Assembly (NCBI GenBank): GCA_964443575.1
Contig: CAYUDZ010000051.1
Span: forward strand, 1 to 16,420
Source: an uncultured Chthoniobacteraceae bacterium
Lineage (GTDB): Bacteria; Verrucomicrobiota; Verrucomicrobiia; Chthoniobacterales; CAKUMP01
Direction of reading: 5' to 3'
Length of the DNA stretch: 16,420 bases
Position numbers and translations under genes: made by a program. A model generated the notes under the pieces. The model searched no databases and had not been told where the DNA came from. It was given only the letters and a program-made list of their open reading frames with translations. Of this stretch, positions 1 to 8,187 are shown piece after piece (positions within the stretch are counted from its first letter, which is position 1; every line of letters begins with the position of its first letter).

Positions 1-517
<517 letters not shown>

Positions 518-739
518 TTATTTTAAGTGGAAAATTGTTGTTCATATTTGGTGCTAAATTGACTGTGTCAGATACCATCACCAGCAGCTTGATGTCCGGC
601 GCAAGTAATTGCTGGCAATCATTTTGCTACCGACCTTCCAACCGAAACACAGTAATCCTTAAAGATAAATAGGAATTTAAGGCCACAGTCAAGCGCAGAG
701 AGCTTTTTACGAGGAATAATTTATCAACCAGTAGTTAAA

Positions 740-1564
740 ATGAGAATTGGTCTGGCCTGCATAGCAGTGGAATCGGCAATCTACGTGACCTGTGCGGTGA
801 CTGTTCTGGCAGTCAGTTTTTGCATTCTCTGCGGCCTGGATTTCCTGCCTTGCCTGCCTTATTGGGTGCTGGGCACCTATGCTATCTATGCGACCCACCA
901 ACTGGTAATCGCGCGGCAACAGGGACGCTGGAGCAGTTGGCGCCGACTGCAGCTGACAGCGGCTGTTGCGGCAATCGCGATAGTGGTTGGTCTGCCGCTA
1001 GTCAGCGGTGAGTTATGGCTGGCACCCGTCATGGCTGGCGTGCTGGTGATCGGGGCAGGGTATTCCTATGGAATTCCACTGGGTAAAGGACCCTGGCGCC
1101 AGCTCCCGGTGCTAAAAACTCTTCTCCCCTGGCTGGTGGCATTTGCGGCTATCGGCTTGCTGCCATTGTTCCTGGTGCCGGTCAACTTGCCACCGGCAAG
1201 GTTGATTTACGCCGAGCTATGGCTGGCACTCCTACTCCTGGTCAATTTGCTGTGGTGTGACCACCGCGATCGCCATGACGACCTTGAGAAGAGTGTACGC
1301 TCGCTGCCGGTAATACTGGGTGAAACCGGAACCCGCTACTTTCTACGCACACTCCAGCCGTGGTTCATTGCAATCCCATTGTTGATGCAGACAGAAATGG
1401 CCGGTTGGCTGGTATCAGGCATAGTTGCCGCAGCCTACCTGGAACTTCTCTTGCGTTTAAAAATTCGCCCTGGGGAGCGCACCGCAAGCAGTGCAATTGT
1501 TGCAGATGGATTACTATTTGCGCCCGCAGCCGGAATTTTTTATCTGGCAATTATGGGAAGTTGA
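740..1564 (+). CDS. Polytopic membrane protein that is UbiA-prenyltransferase-family-like. Only the second Asp-rich motif is conserved.
   Basis: 274 aa with about 8 hydrophobic helices. The segment WCDHRDRHDDLEKSVRSLPVILGETG resembles the UbiA second motif (DxxDD...G.KS.A..FG in E. coli UbiA). The expected first motif NDxxDxxxD near residue 50-60 is absent: the sequence there is YATHQLVIARQQ. Confidence 0.4.
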   Translation: MRIGLACIAVESAIYVTCAVTVLAVSFCILCGLDFLPCLPYWVLGTYAIYATHQLVIARQQGRWSSWRRLQLTAAVAAIAIVVGLPLVSGELWLAPVMAGVLVIGAGYSYGIPLGKGPWRQLPVLKTLLPWLVAFAAIGLLPLFLVPVNLPPARLIYAELWLALLLLVNLLWCDHRDRHDDLEKSVRSLPVILGETGTRYFLRTLQPWFIAIPLLMQTEMAGWLVSGIVAAAYLELLLRLKIRPGERTASSAIVADGLLFAPAAGIFYLAIMGS

Positions 1565-1595
1565 CTGAGCTGGTTGTTGATCATATTCATATAGC

Positions 1596-2297
1596 ATGCA
1601 CCACCCGGATCACGCCAGAGCAATTCAAGGGGCCAGGGTAACTAACCTTATCAGATTGGAAAGTTATAAAGTAAAAACGGCTGCAAAAACCAAAAGAATC
1701 AGGGTGCTGGTAGTGGATGATGAAAGTAGTATGGTGCGCCTGTTACATGCCACTCTCGATAAAATCGGGCACGAATTGATGGATGTTGCGAACAATGGTC
1801 AGCAGGCAATAGAAAAGGCCATCAAGAGGCGTCCCGACCTGATCCTCATGGATATTAACATCCCGGAGATGGACGGGGTTGACGCGGCCAAAGTAATACT
1901 AGCTGAGCATGCATGCCCGTTAATATTCATGAGCGGATTAAGCGTGGATGAAACATTGGAACGGGTACGCTCGGTCAAGGCCCAGGGATACCTGGTCAAG
2001 CCGTTCAGTCCGGAGCAATTGCGCAGCGCAATTGATATGGCTATCCATGGGTTTCGGCGTACATCGAATGCCGAAAGTGAAATCGCTTTGTTGCGCAGTG
2101 AACTGGATACACAAAAGGCCCTGGAAGCGGCAATCGCACGCATGCAAAGCCATTATGGTCAAGATCGCGAGCGTTCCATGCAACAACTGCAGGCGATGGC
2201 TAAAACCCGCCACTGCTCATTGGCTGAGGTAGCTCGCCAAACTATTGCCATGCTCGATCAGCAGCAAGCAGGCGGGAAATACGACAAGGATATTTAA
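1596..2297 (+). CDS. Response regulator with an N-terminal CheY-like receiver and a C-terminal ANTAR RNA-binding antiterminator domain (AmiR/NasT-like).
   Basis: The receiver hallmarks are KRIRVLVVDDE, LILMDINIPEMDG (phospho-acceptor Asp) and GYLVKPF (conserved Lys). The C-terminal helical region ALEAAIARMQ...AMAKTRHCSLAEVARQ is typical of ANTAR. The true start may be an internal TTG at 1656, since there is no Shine-Dalgarno sequence before the ATG at 1596. Confidence 0.8.
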   Translation: MHHPDHARAIQGARVTNLIRLESYKVKTAAKTKRIRVLVVDDESSMVRLLHATLDKIGHELMDVANNGQQAIEKAIKRRPDLILMDINIPEMDGVDAAKVILAEHACPLIFMSGLSVDETLERVRSVKAQGYLVKPFSPEQLRSAIDMAIHGFRRTSNAESEIALLRSELDTQKALEAAIARMQSHYGQDRERSMQQLQAMAKTRHCSLAEVARQTIAMLDQQQAGGKYDKDI

Positions 2298-2464
2298 ATT
2301 ACCGGTCGACGCTTTCGCCTCTTGCCAAAGCCGCACAACCGGCTAAGTTTGTATTTCCGTCGGGGGCCATGGAATGCGGACTGGCAAACCCCGCCAGGGC
2401 AGGAATGCAGCAACGGTAGTCATTTCCTCTTTGCCGTGGTCCTCCGGCGGGCTACCTTAAGCCT

Positions 2465-3373
2465 ATGCCACTAATCCAGCCGGCAGCCGAAGATTTTATC
2501 ATGTATCTGGCAACCGAGCGCGGGCTATCTGATGCCTATCAACTTGCCGTGCGGCGGGTTCTGGATTCGTTCACTAATTGGCTGGAGGCAAGTAACCAAA
2601 GCCAACAGGTCGACAGCATTCAAATCAATACCATTGTCGACTACATTGACCATCGCAAGCAGTGCGGACTGGCGGCCGGTTCATTAAAACTTGAAGTCGT
2701 TGCCCTGAAAATTTTTTTTCGCTACCTGACGGCACGCCAGGTACTGTCTGTTAATCCGTGTGAAAACCTGCCGCTGCCGAGGCTTGAAAAGCTACTGCCC
2801 GAAACGCTCAGCCAATCTGATGTCGAGCATATGCTGGATGCCCAACCGGGCAATGGCACCCTGAGTGCACGTAACCTCGCCATACTCGAATTGCTGTATG
2901 CCTGCGGCTTGCGGGTTTCTGAGGCAACACGGCTGAAGCTTGATGAGATTGATTTGGACGACCGCACGGTACGGGTCACCGGTAAAGGCGGCAAAGTAAG
3001 GATAGTACCACTCGGGCGCCGCGCCCGCCAGCAGCTCGAAGGTTACTTGCGCGACGAGCGGCCATCCCTGGTAAAGCGCAAGACCGGCAGCGAGGTATTC
3101 CTCTCAATTCGTGGCAGCAGGCTTACCACGGCAAGGATCTGGCAATTGGTCAGGGAGGCTGCCAGCCACGCTGGCTTGGAGAAAAAAATATACCCGCACC
3201 TGATGCGGCATTCATTTGCCACCCACTTGCTTGAAAACGGAGCAGACTTGAGGATTATCCAGGAGTTGCTGGGCCACGCGGATATTGCTACTACGGAAGT
3301 TTACACGCATGTTGACCAGGCGCGGCTTAAGGCAGCACACCACAGTTATCACCCGCGCGCCCGGAAAACTTAA
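2465..3373 (+). CDS. Site-specific tyrosine recombinase of the XerC/XerD family.
   Basis: 302 aa. Motifs seen are LELLYACGLRVSEATRL (box I Arg), VTGKGGKVRIVPL (Lys), HLMRHSFATHLLENGADLRIIQELLGHADIATTEVYTHV (H-x-x-R and the catalytic Tyr in YTHV). Length and motif order match chromosomal XerC/XerD. I cannot tell XerC from XerD by eye. Confidence 0.85.
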   Translation: MPLIQPAAEDFIMYLATERGLSDAYQLAVRRVLDSFTNWLEASNQSQQVDSIQINTIVDYIDHRKQCGLAAGSLKLEVVALKIFFRYLTARQVLSVNPCENLPLPRLEKLLPETLSQSDVEHMLDAQPGNGTLSARNLAILELLYACGLRVSEATRLKLDEIDLDDRTVRVTGKGGKVRIVPLGRRARQQLEGYLRDERPSLVKRKTGSEVFLSIRGSRLTTARIWQLVREAASHAGLEKKIYPHLMRHSFATHLLENGADLRIIQELLGHADIATTEVYTHVDQARLKAAHHSYHPRARKT

Positions 3374-3425
3374 CAGTACAGGATTAGGCTTAGAAATTAC
3401 AACCAAGTTAGGATAGCGTACTTGC

Positions 3426-4856
3426 ATGAGAAAAAGATCTTCCCCCCCACGCAAAAAATGGGCGGGCATACTGCTGGCGGGTGCTCTGGTGATGCTGCTG
3501 CTGATCATGATTTCGGTCTTGGCATTGCCGCAAATCGTCGCCAGCTACATCATAAGCGATAAAGCACGGCCACTTGCCGAGCAGGCACTGACAGAGCAAC
3601 TGGGCATGACCACCAGTTTTGCTCCTTTTAGTAAGAACGGCGAAAAACTGCACAGCTCCAAGCTGTTCGCACATGGTGACAGTTCCTTGTTGGAGGCGTA
3701 TGAATTGCGGGCACGTGCCTGGATTGACGGCTGGTTTGCTGGGGTATTGAAAATTGACAGTTTTGAGATCCGCGAAGCGCGACTGACGCTAGACGCACCC
3801 CAAGCCGAACAGCAGGCGCCGGCGGTGGCAGCCACGATGACGGAAAGCGATGTGCCCGGCTGGCTAGCGCTTTTTCTGCCTCACCGCATCGAGTTTTCCC
3901 CGCTAACCGTCGGCAAATGGAGGATTGAGACAGGACGTGGCCTTGGCCTCAGCCTGAGAAATGTCAACATAACCAAACACCAACAGGAAATAGCGCTAGC
4001 GACCCGGACAGGTACGTTGACCAGCGAGGAATATGGCAGTTGGGCCATTAAGAATTTTGAATCCAGGATAGTTGGTGATGAGCTACGCATAGTCGATGCC
4101 CAACTCAACCGCCTGGAATCGCGAGCCAGTTCCAGTTTCTCAGGAACTATCAATCGCAGCGGACAAACCGACATCGAACTGGAATTTGATAATATGCCGT
4201 TGGACGTGGTAGCGCCCACACTGTCTTCCAACATGGATGGTCGGATGCGCGGCTGGACGAAATTGCAGCGTGTGGGAGCAAGTGAGCAGCTGGCAATCGA
4301 TGGCAATCTGGAGGTTGAAGGCGGGCGTGTACACGGACTCAAGATGTTGGATCTCGTTGCCAGGTACACCGGCGATCGTAGCTTGAGTAATCTGCCCTTG
4401 CACAACGCCGAAGCCGAGATCATAGCAAATCAAGGACAAAGCAAGTACCGGAAAATCCATCTTGAATCCAATGGCAAACTTAAACTGTTAGGTGAGCTGA
4501 CGGTCGGGAACGATGGCAGTCTGCTCGGCGACTTACAACTCGGTGTGGCGGCTCACTTGATTCGTACCTTGCCGGTCGATCGTGATGCTATTTTTGAATT
4601 GGCTGAGGATGGCTATTACTGGACCCCGGTGCTACTCTCGGGAACCGTGGAGCAGCCGGTCGAGGACCTCAGCACCAGGCTTGCCGCATCGATGCCGACC
4701 GCCGTGCTAAAAAAGACTACCGAAGTACTCAGATCAACCGGTAAGAACATGGGTACAGCACCTGCCACGGCTGCCGACGCAGCAGCTGATATCGTCGAGC
4801 AAGCCGGCGATCGCTTCCTGGACATGCTGCTACCTTCCGAAAGAAGTGATGAATAA
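3426..4856 (+). CDS. Membrane-anchored periplasmic protein, possibly AsmA-family-like.
   Basis: 476 aa with an N-terminal positively charged segment followed by one TM helix (WAGILLAGALVMLLLIMISVLAL) and then a large soluble domain. The N-terminal pattern (TM helix, then ...EQLGMTTSF...) and the C-terminal ...TPVLLSGTVEQPVEDL resemble AsmA / AsmA_2 ends (...vPl.isGtldnP...). The match is weak and was judged by eye only. Confidence 0.45.
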   Translation: MRKRSSPPRKKWAGILLAGALVMLLLIMISVLALPQIVASYIISDKARPLAEQALTEQLGMTTSFAPFSKNGEKLHSSKLFAHGDSSLLEAYELRARAWIDGWFAGVLKIDSFEIREARLTLDAPQAEQQAPAVAATMTESDVPGWLALFLPHRIEFSPLTVGKWRIETGRGLGLSLRNVNITKHQQEIALATRTGTLTSEEYGSWAIKNFESRIVGDELRIVDAQLNRLESRASSSFSGTINRSGQTDIELEFDNMPLDVVAPTLSSNMDGRMRGWTKLQRVGASEQLAIDGNLEVEGGRVHGLKMLDLVARYTGDRSLSNLPLHNAEAEIIANQGQSKYRKIHLESNGKLKLLGELTVGNDGSLLGDLQLGVAAHLIRTLPVDRDAIFELAEDGYYWTPVLLSGTVEQPVEDLSTRLAASMPTAVLKKTTEVLRSTGKNMGTAPATAADAAADIVEQAGDRFLDMLLPSERSDE

Positions 4857-4907
4857 TACTTGCGAAAAGTTGCTTTAGATTTTTTAATATACAGGGGCAC
4901 AGATGTT

Positions 4908-5372
4908 ATGACCCGCAAATTAAACAACCGAGGATTTACTTTGGTCGAGATGATGATTGTCGTTGGCGTGATAGCCATTTTGGCGGCAATTGCGATCCCG
5001 AGCTTCCTTAAAGCTCGCGAGCGCTCGATCAGCACTCAGTTTATATCCACCACCAGGGTATTCTCAGAAGCCGTAGTCATGTTTGCTGCCGACTTCGGAC
5101 AATACCCTGAAGATTCCGACAGCGGTGTCATGCCGGCCAATTTTGATGTCTATATTCGAGAAACAGACTGGTATAAGGGCCCGACTATCGGCGGTGTCTG
5201 GGATCACGAACTCAACGAGAGCGATATCGTCAGCGCAATTGGTTGTGATGCATATGAAATTTCCGATGAACAAGTGCTGGCGATAGATGAGATGGCTGAC
5301 GATGGAGATACTACCACCGGCAACCTGCGTATCATTGCCAATGGTCGCTACTACTCGGTAATCGCCGAGTAA
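4908..5372 (+). CDS. Prepilin-type N-terminal cleavage/methylation domain protein (GspG-like pseudopilin or type IV pilin-like).
   Basis: There is a class III signal: a short basic leader MTRKLNNRG, then FTLVEMMIVVGVIAILAAIAIPSF (G-1, F+1, E+5). The downstream sequence KARERS...FGQYPED resembles the GspG pattern (K.KA....Y...G.YP). An AGGGG Shine-Dalgarno sequence sits 11-15 nt upstream of the ATG at 4908. The longer ORF from 4860 starts with TTG and is less likely. Confidence 0.75.
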   Translation: MTRKLNNRGFTLVEMMIVVGVIAILAAIAIPSFLKARERSISTQFISTTRVFSEAVVMFAADFGQYPEDSDSGVMPANFDVYIRETDWYKGPTIGGVWDHELNESDIVSAIGCDAYEISDEQVLAIDEMADDGDTTTGNLRIIANGRYYSVIAE

Positions 5373-5386
5373 TTCCAGCGCCTTCA

Positions 5387-5950
5387 TTACATCTCGAGGA
5401 AATTTTTTAGTAACTGCTTGCCTTCACGCGTCAGGATCGACTCGGGGTGAAATTGTACACCATGGGTAGGGTGCTCCCGGTGACGCAGCCCCATAATTTC
5501 TCCTTCTTCGGTCCAGGCGCAGATTTCGAGGCAATCGGGAACGGAATCTTTGCGCACAATCAGCGAATGGTAGCGGGTGGCTTCGAACGGATTAGGCAGC
5601 CCTGCGAAGACACCTTTGCTATCATGATGAATCAGCGAGGTCTTGCCGTGCATCAAACGGTCGGCACGCACCACCAACCCGCCAAAGACCTGCCCGAAAC
5701 ACTGGTGGCCGAGGCAAACCCCAAGGATTGGAATTTTTCCGGAAAACTCCTCGAGCAGCTGGTTGCTGACCCCCGCTTCATTTGGCGTGCAGGGGCCGGG
5801 GGAAATACAGAGCCGCTGCGGCTTCATCGCAACAGCTTCAGCAACCGAGATTTTATCGTTGCGGCGAACTTCCATCTCCGCGCCCAACTCACCAAAATAC
5901 TGCACCAGGTTATAGGTAAACGAATCGTAGTTATCGATTACAAGCATCAT
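5387..5950 (-). CDS. trpG: Anthranilate synthase component II (glutamine amidotransferase, TrpG/PabA type). It is stand-alone and not fused to TrpD.
   Basis: 187 aa. It starts [18 protein letters not shown], and has GVCLGHQ (catalytic Cys) and HGVQFHPES (catalytic His/Glu). It lies 2 nt downstream of the trpE stop. Confidence 0.85.
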   Translation of the reverse strand: MMLVIDNYDSFTYNLVQYFGELGAEMEVRRNDKISVAEAVAMKPQRLCISPGPCTPNEAGVSNQLLEEFSGKIPILGVCLGHQCFGQVFGGLVVRADRLMHGKTSLIHHDSKGVFAGLPNPFEATRYHSLIVRKDSVPDCLEICAWTEEGEIMGLRHREHPTHGVQFHPESILTREGKQLLKNFLEM

Positions 5951-5952
5951 GT

Positions 5953-7461
5953 TTATTGCTCCAATGTGGCTGCCGCTACGACATCGGCAAGGCTAATTGC
6001 TTTCATCATGCCCATCGCTTTATTGACGGTTTCCTGGTACTCCCCTTCAGGTGTCGAGTCCGCAACCACTCCGCCCCCGGCCTGGACGTAGGCCTTGCCA
6101 TCGACCAGCACCACCGTCCGTAGCGTGATACACGAATCCAGGTTACCGTCGAACCCAAAATACCCGACCGCCCCCGCGTAAACCCCACGCTTGGATTTTT
6201 CTACCTCATTAATGATTTGCATGGCACGAATCTTCGGCGAGCCGGACACGGTGCCGGCCGGAAAGGTAGCCCGCATGACATCATAGGCATCCCGCCCCGG
6301 GCTTAGCTTACCGACGACATTGGAAACAATATGCATGACATGGCTATAGCGCTCGACCACCATTAAGTCGGTTACTTCAACACTGTCAAACTCTGCAATC
6401 CTGCCAACATCATTACGGGCCAGATCGACCAGCATGATATGCTCCGCCCGCTCCTTGGGGTCGGCCAGCAAGTCTTCTTCCATTGCCTGGTCTTCTGCTT
6501 CAGTTTTACCACGCGGACGGGTGCCGGCGATCGGCCTGATTTCTACCTTGTCATCGATGGCACGCACGTGCACTTCCGGCGAGCTGCCGACGATCGAGAA
6601 GCGTCCGCCAAATTCGAGGCAAAACATGTAGGGTGATGGGTTAACAAAGCGCAGGCTGCGGTAGAGTGTCAGCGCTTCTCCTGTGTAGTCAGTCTCGAAG
6701 CGCTGCGAGGGCACGATCTGGAATATATCCCCGGCACGAATATACTCCTTCACCCTGCTGACGGTTTCCAAATACTCCTCGCGGGTGGTATTACTGGTCG
6801 ACTTTTTATCCGGCACGTCTGTTGCTATCGGGATCGCCTGCAGGTTGACCGGATGGTTGAGCCGCTCGCAAATTTCACTCACTTTGGCGACCGCCTGATC
6901 GTAGGCGACGTCGGCACCCTCGTTGCCGATAATGGCATTGGTGAGTACCCGCAACTTACGCACCCGATGGTCAAAAACCATCAGCGTCGAGGCGACCATG
7001 AAAAGCATGTCCGGCAAGCCCAGTGAGTTGCCGGGAGGCGGCGGGATAGTGGGTTCAAAAAAGCGCACCATGTCATAGCCCAGGTAACCTACGGCACCGC
7101 CATAAAACCATGGCCCATCATCAGGTAATGCTCCGCCAAAAGTATAGCGTGCCATCAACTCGCGCAAGTCATCCAACGGGTCTCCCGCCGCCGTGAATTC
7201 CTTCGCCTGACCGTTTTCGGTAACTGTCACCTTGCTGCCGGTCGCTTCAAACAGGATCACCGGATCGCAGCCGACAAAAGAGTAACGTCCAACGTGATCG
7301 GTGTGCTCAGCACTCTCGAGCAGGAAACGATACCCCTCAGGCAGCGAGGCATAGGCCGACACCGGCATGATGGCATCAGCTACCAGATCGGTGAAAACCG
7401 GCACCACATTACCCTGTGCCGCCTGCTCTTTGAATGCTGCCCTGTCGAGGTTAAGGTTCAT
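5953..7461 (-). CDS. trpE: Anthranilate synthase component I (TrpE).
   Basis: 502 aa chorismate-binding enzyme with motifs [25 protein letters not shown] and [24 protein letters not shown]. The N-terminal [15 protein letters not shown] fits the Trp-feedback LLES-x10-S motif of TrpE rather than PabB. Confidence 0.9.
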   Translation of the reverse strand: MNLNLDRAAFKEQAAQGNVVPVFTDLVADAIMPVSAYASLPEGYRFLLESAEHTDHVGRYSFVGCDPVILFEATGSKVTVTENGQAKEFTAAGDPLDDLRELMARYTFGGALPDDGPWFYGGAVGYLGYDMVRFFEPTIPPPPGNSLGLPDMLFMVASTLMVFDHRVRKLRVLTNAIIGNEGADVAYDQAVAKVSEICERLNHPVNLQAIPIATDVPDKKSTSNTTREEYLETVSRVKEYIRAGDIFQIVPSQRFETDYTGEALTLYRSLRFVNPSPYMFCLEFGGRFSIVGSSPEVHVRAIDDKVEIRPIAGTRPRGKTEAEDQAMEEDLLADPKERAEHIMLVDLARNDVGRIAEFDSVEVTDLMVVERYSHVMHIVSNVVGKLSPGRDAYDVMRATFPAGTVSGSPKIRAMQIINEVEKSKRGVYAGAVGYFGFDGNLDSCITLRTVVLVDGKAYVQAGGGVVADSTPEGEYQETVNKAMGMMKAISLADVVAAATLEQ

Positions 7462-7499
7462 ATCTAAAAAAGTGATCCATAGAATTAAGCCAACACTTT

Positions 7500-7526
7500 A
7501 TTCTAGGAAAGACTTTCTCTCAGCAA
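7500..7526 (-). promoter_or_regulatory. Candidate sigma70-like promoter for trpE (TTGCTG-N15-TAGAAT on the minus strand).
   Basis: In the reverse complement of the AT-rich region upstream of the trpE ATG: TTGCTG (7526..7521), a 15-nt spacer, then TAGAAT (7505..7500), about 38 nt upstream of the start codon. The spacer is short and the host consensus is unknown. Confidence 0.25.
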
Positions 7527-7644
7527 ATTTAACCCGGACTACAATAGTTCCAAAAAGTTTTGGTAGATAGATTTTACGGGAAGAGAACCAGTTGTTTATA
7601 AATTGTCTTGGATTGCTACAATTTTATGAGTTAAATCACGCAAC

Positions 7645-7851
7645 ATGGGAAGTTGGTGGAACTGGCTACGGATACTCCGCAACCGGATTGAGTATCATCG
7701 GCACAAAAACAACCTGCCGGACCTGGGGGAGTCAAGGCTGGACCGACAAAGCAAGTTGATTGGCCGGATACTATTCTTTACCATTGTCTTTCCGATTATA
7801 ATTCTCATCGCGGTCCTGGTGTGGTTTCCTGAGTTACTATTGGAGTTGTAG
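7645..7851 (+). CDS. Hypothetical small membrane protein (68 aa, one C-terminal TM helix).
   Basis: The ORF ends in FFTIVFPIIILIAVLVWF. There is no clear Shine-Dalgarno sequence. It sits in a locally AT-rich segment. The coding call is uncertain. Confidence 0.3.
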   Translation: MGSWWNWLRILRNRIEYHRHKNNLPDLGESRLDRQSKLIGRILFFTIVFPIIILIAVLVWFPELLLEL

Positions 7852-7853
7852 AT

Positions 7854-8147
7854 ATGATGAGCTTCAAACTCTCGTTAAGACGCCTGCTTCTGTTAGTCGC
7901 CTTCTTAATTGTATTTCTTTGTCTCGGGGGCTTTTCGCCACCGCAGGAAATATCAGGTATAAGATACGGATCAACACTGCGGGTCTGGCTGGGAATACTA
8001 ATACTCTTCTGCACCGGAGCTATTTCGGCATCGATCATTGACCATCAGGTCGGAATGTTTCCCCCCACAAACCTAAGGCCCATTTATGTAACCGTTGGAA
8101 TAATCTTAATGATTGCGGCAGCTATCTGGCTTCACTCAACACGCTAA
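7854..8147 (+). CDS. Hypothetical small membrane protein (97 aa, about 3 TM helices).
   Basis: The ORF starts 2 nt after the preceding stop and has a GGAG about 10-13 nt upstream. It contains three hydrophobic helices (LLLLVAFLIVFLCLGG, VWLGILILFCTGAISASII, IYVTVGIILMIAAAIWL). Confidence 0.35.
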   Translation: MMSFKLSLRRLLLLVAFLIVFLCLGGFSPPQEISGIRYGSTLRVWLGILILFCTGAISASIIDHQVGMFPPTNLRPIYVTVGIILMIAAAIWLHSTR

Positions 8148-8187
8148 CCTACGCCATCCCCAGCCGCAGGAAAACCTCGGCTCTCGA

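Noticed and set aside
3881-5035. Minus-strand ORFs (180, 106 and 139 aa) within or overlapping the AsmA-like and pseudopilin genes.
   Set aside because: They are antisense to longer plus-strand ORFs with recognisable motifs. Their translations are Ser/Arg/Pro-rich, as is typical of antisense frames.
5447-6188. Plus-strand ORF of 214 aa and others overlapping trpG/trpE.
   Set aside because: They are antisense to genes with textbook TrpG and TrpE motifs.
8148-8187. Weak hairpin (AGCCG...CGGCT) in the 40-bp gap between convergent genes.
   Set aside because: The stem is only 5 bp with a 12-nt loop and no flanking U/A tracts. That is insufficient to call a terminator.
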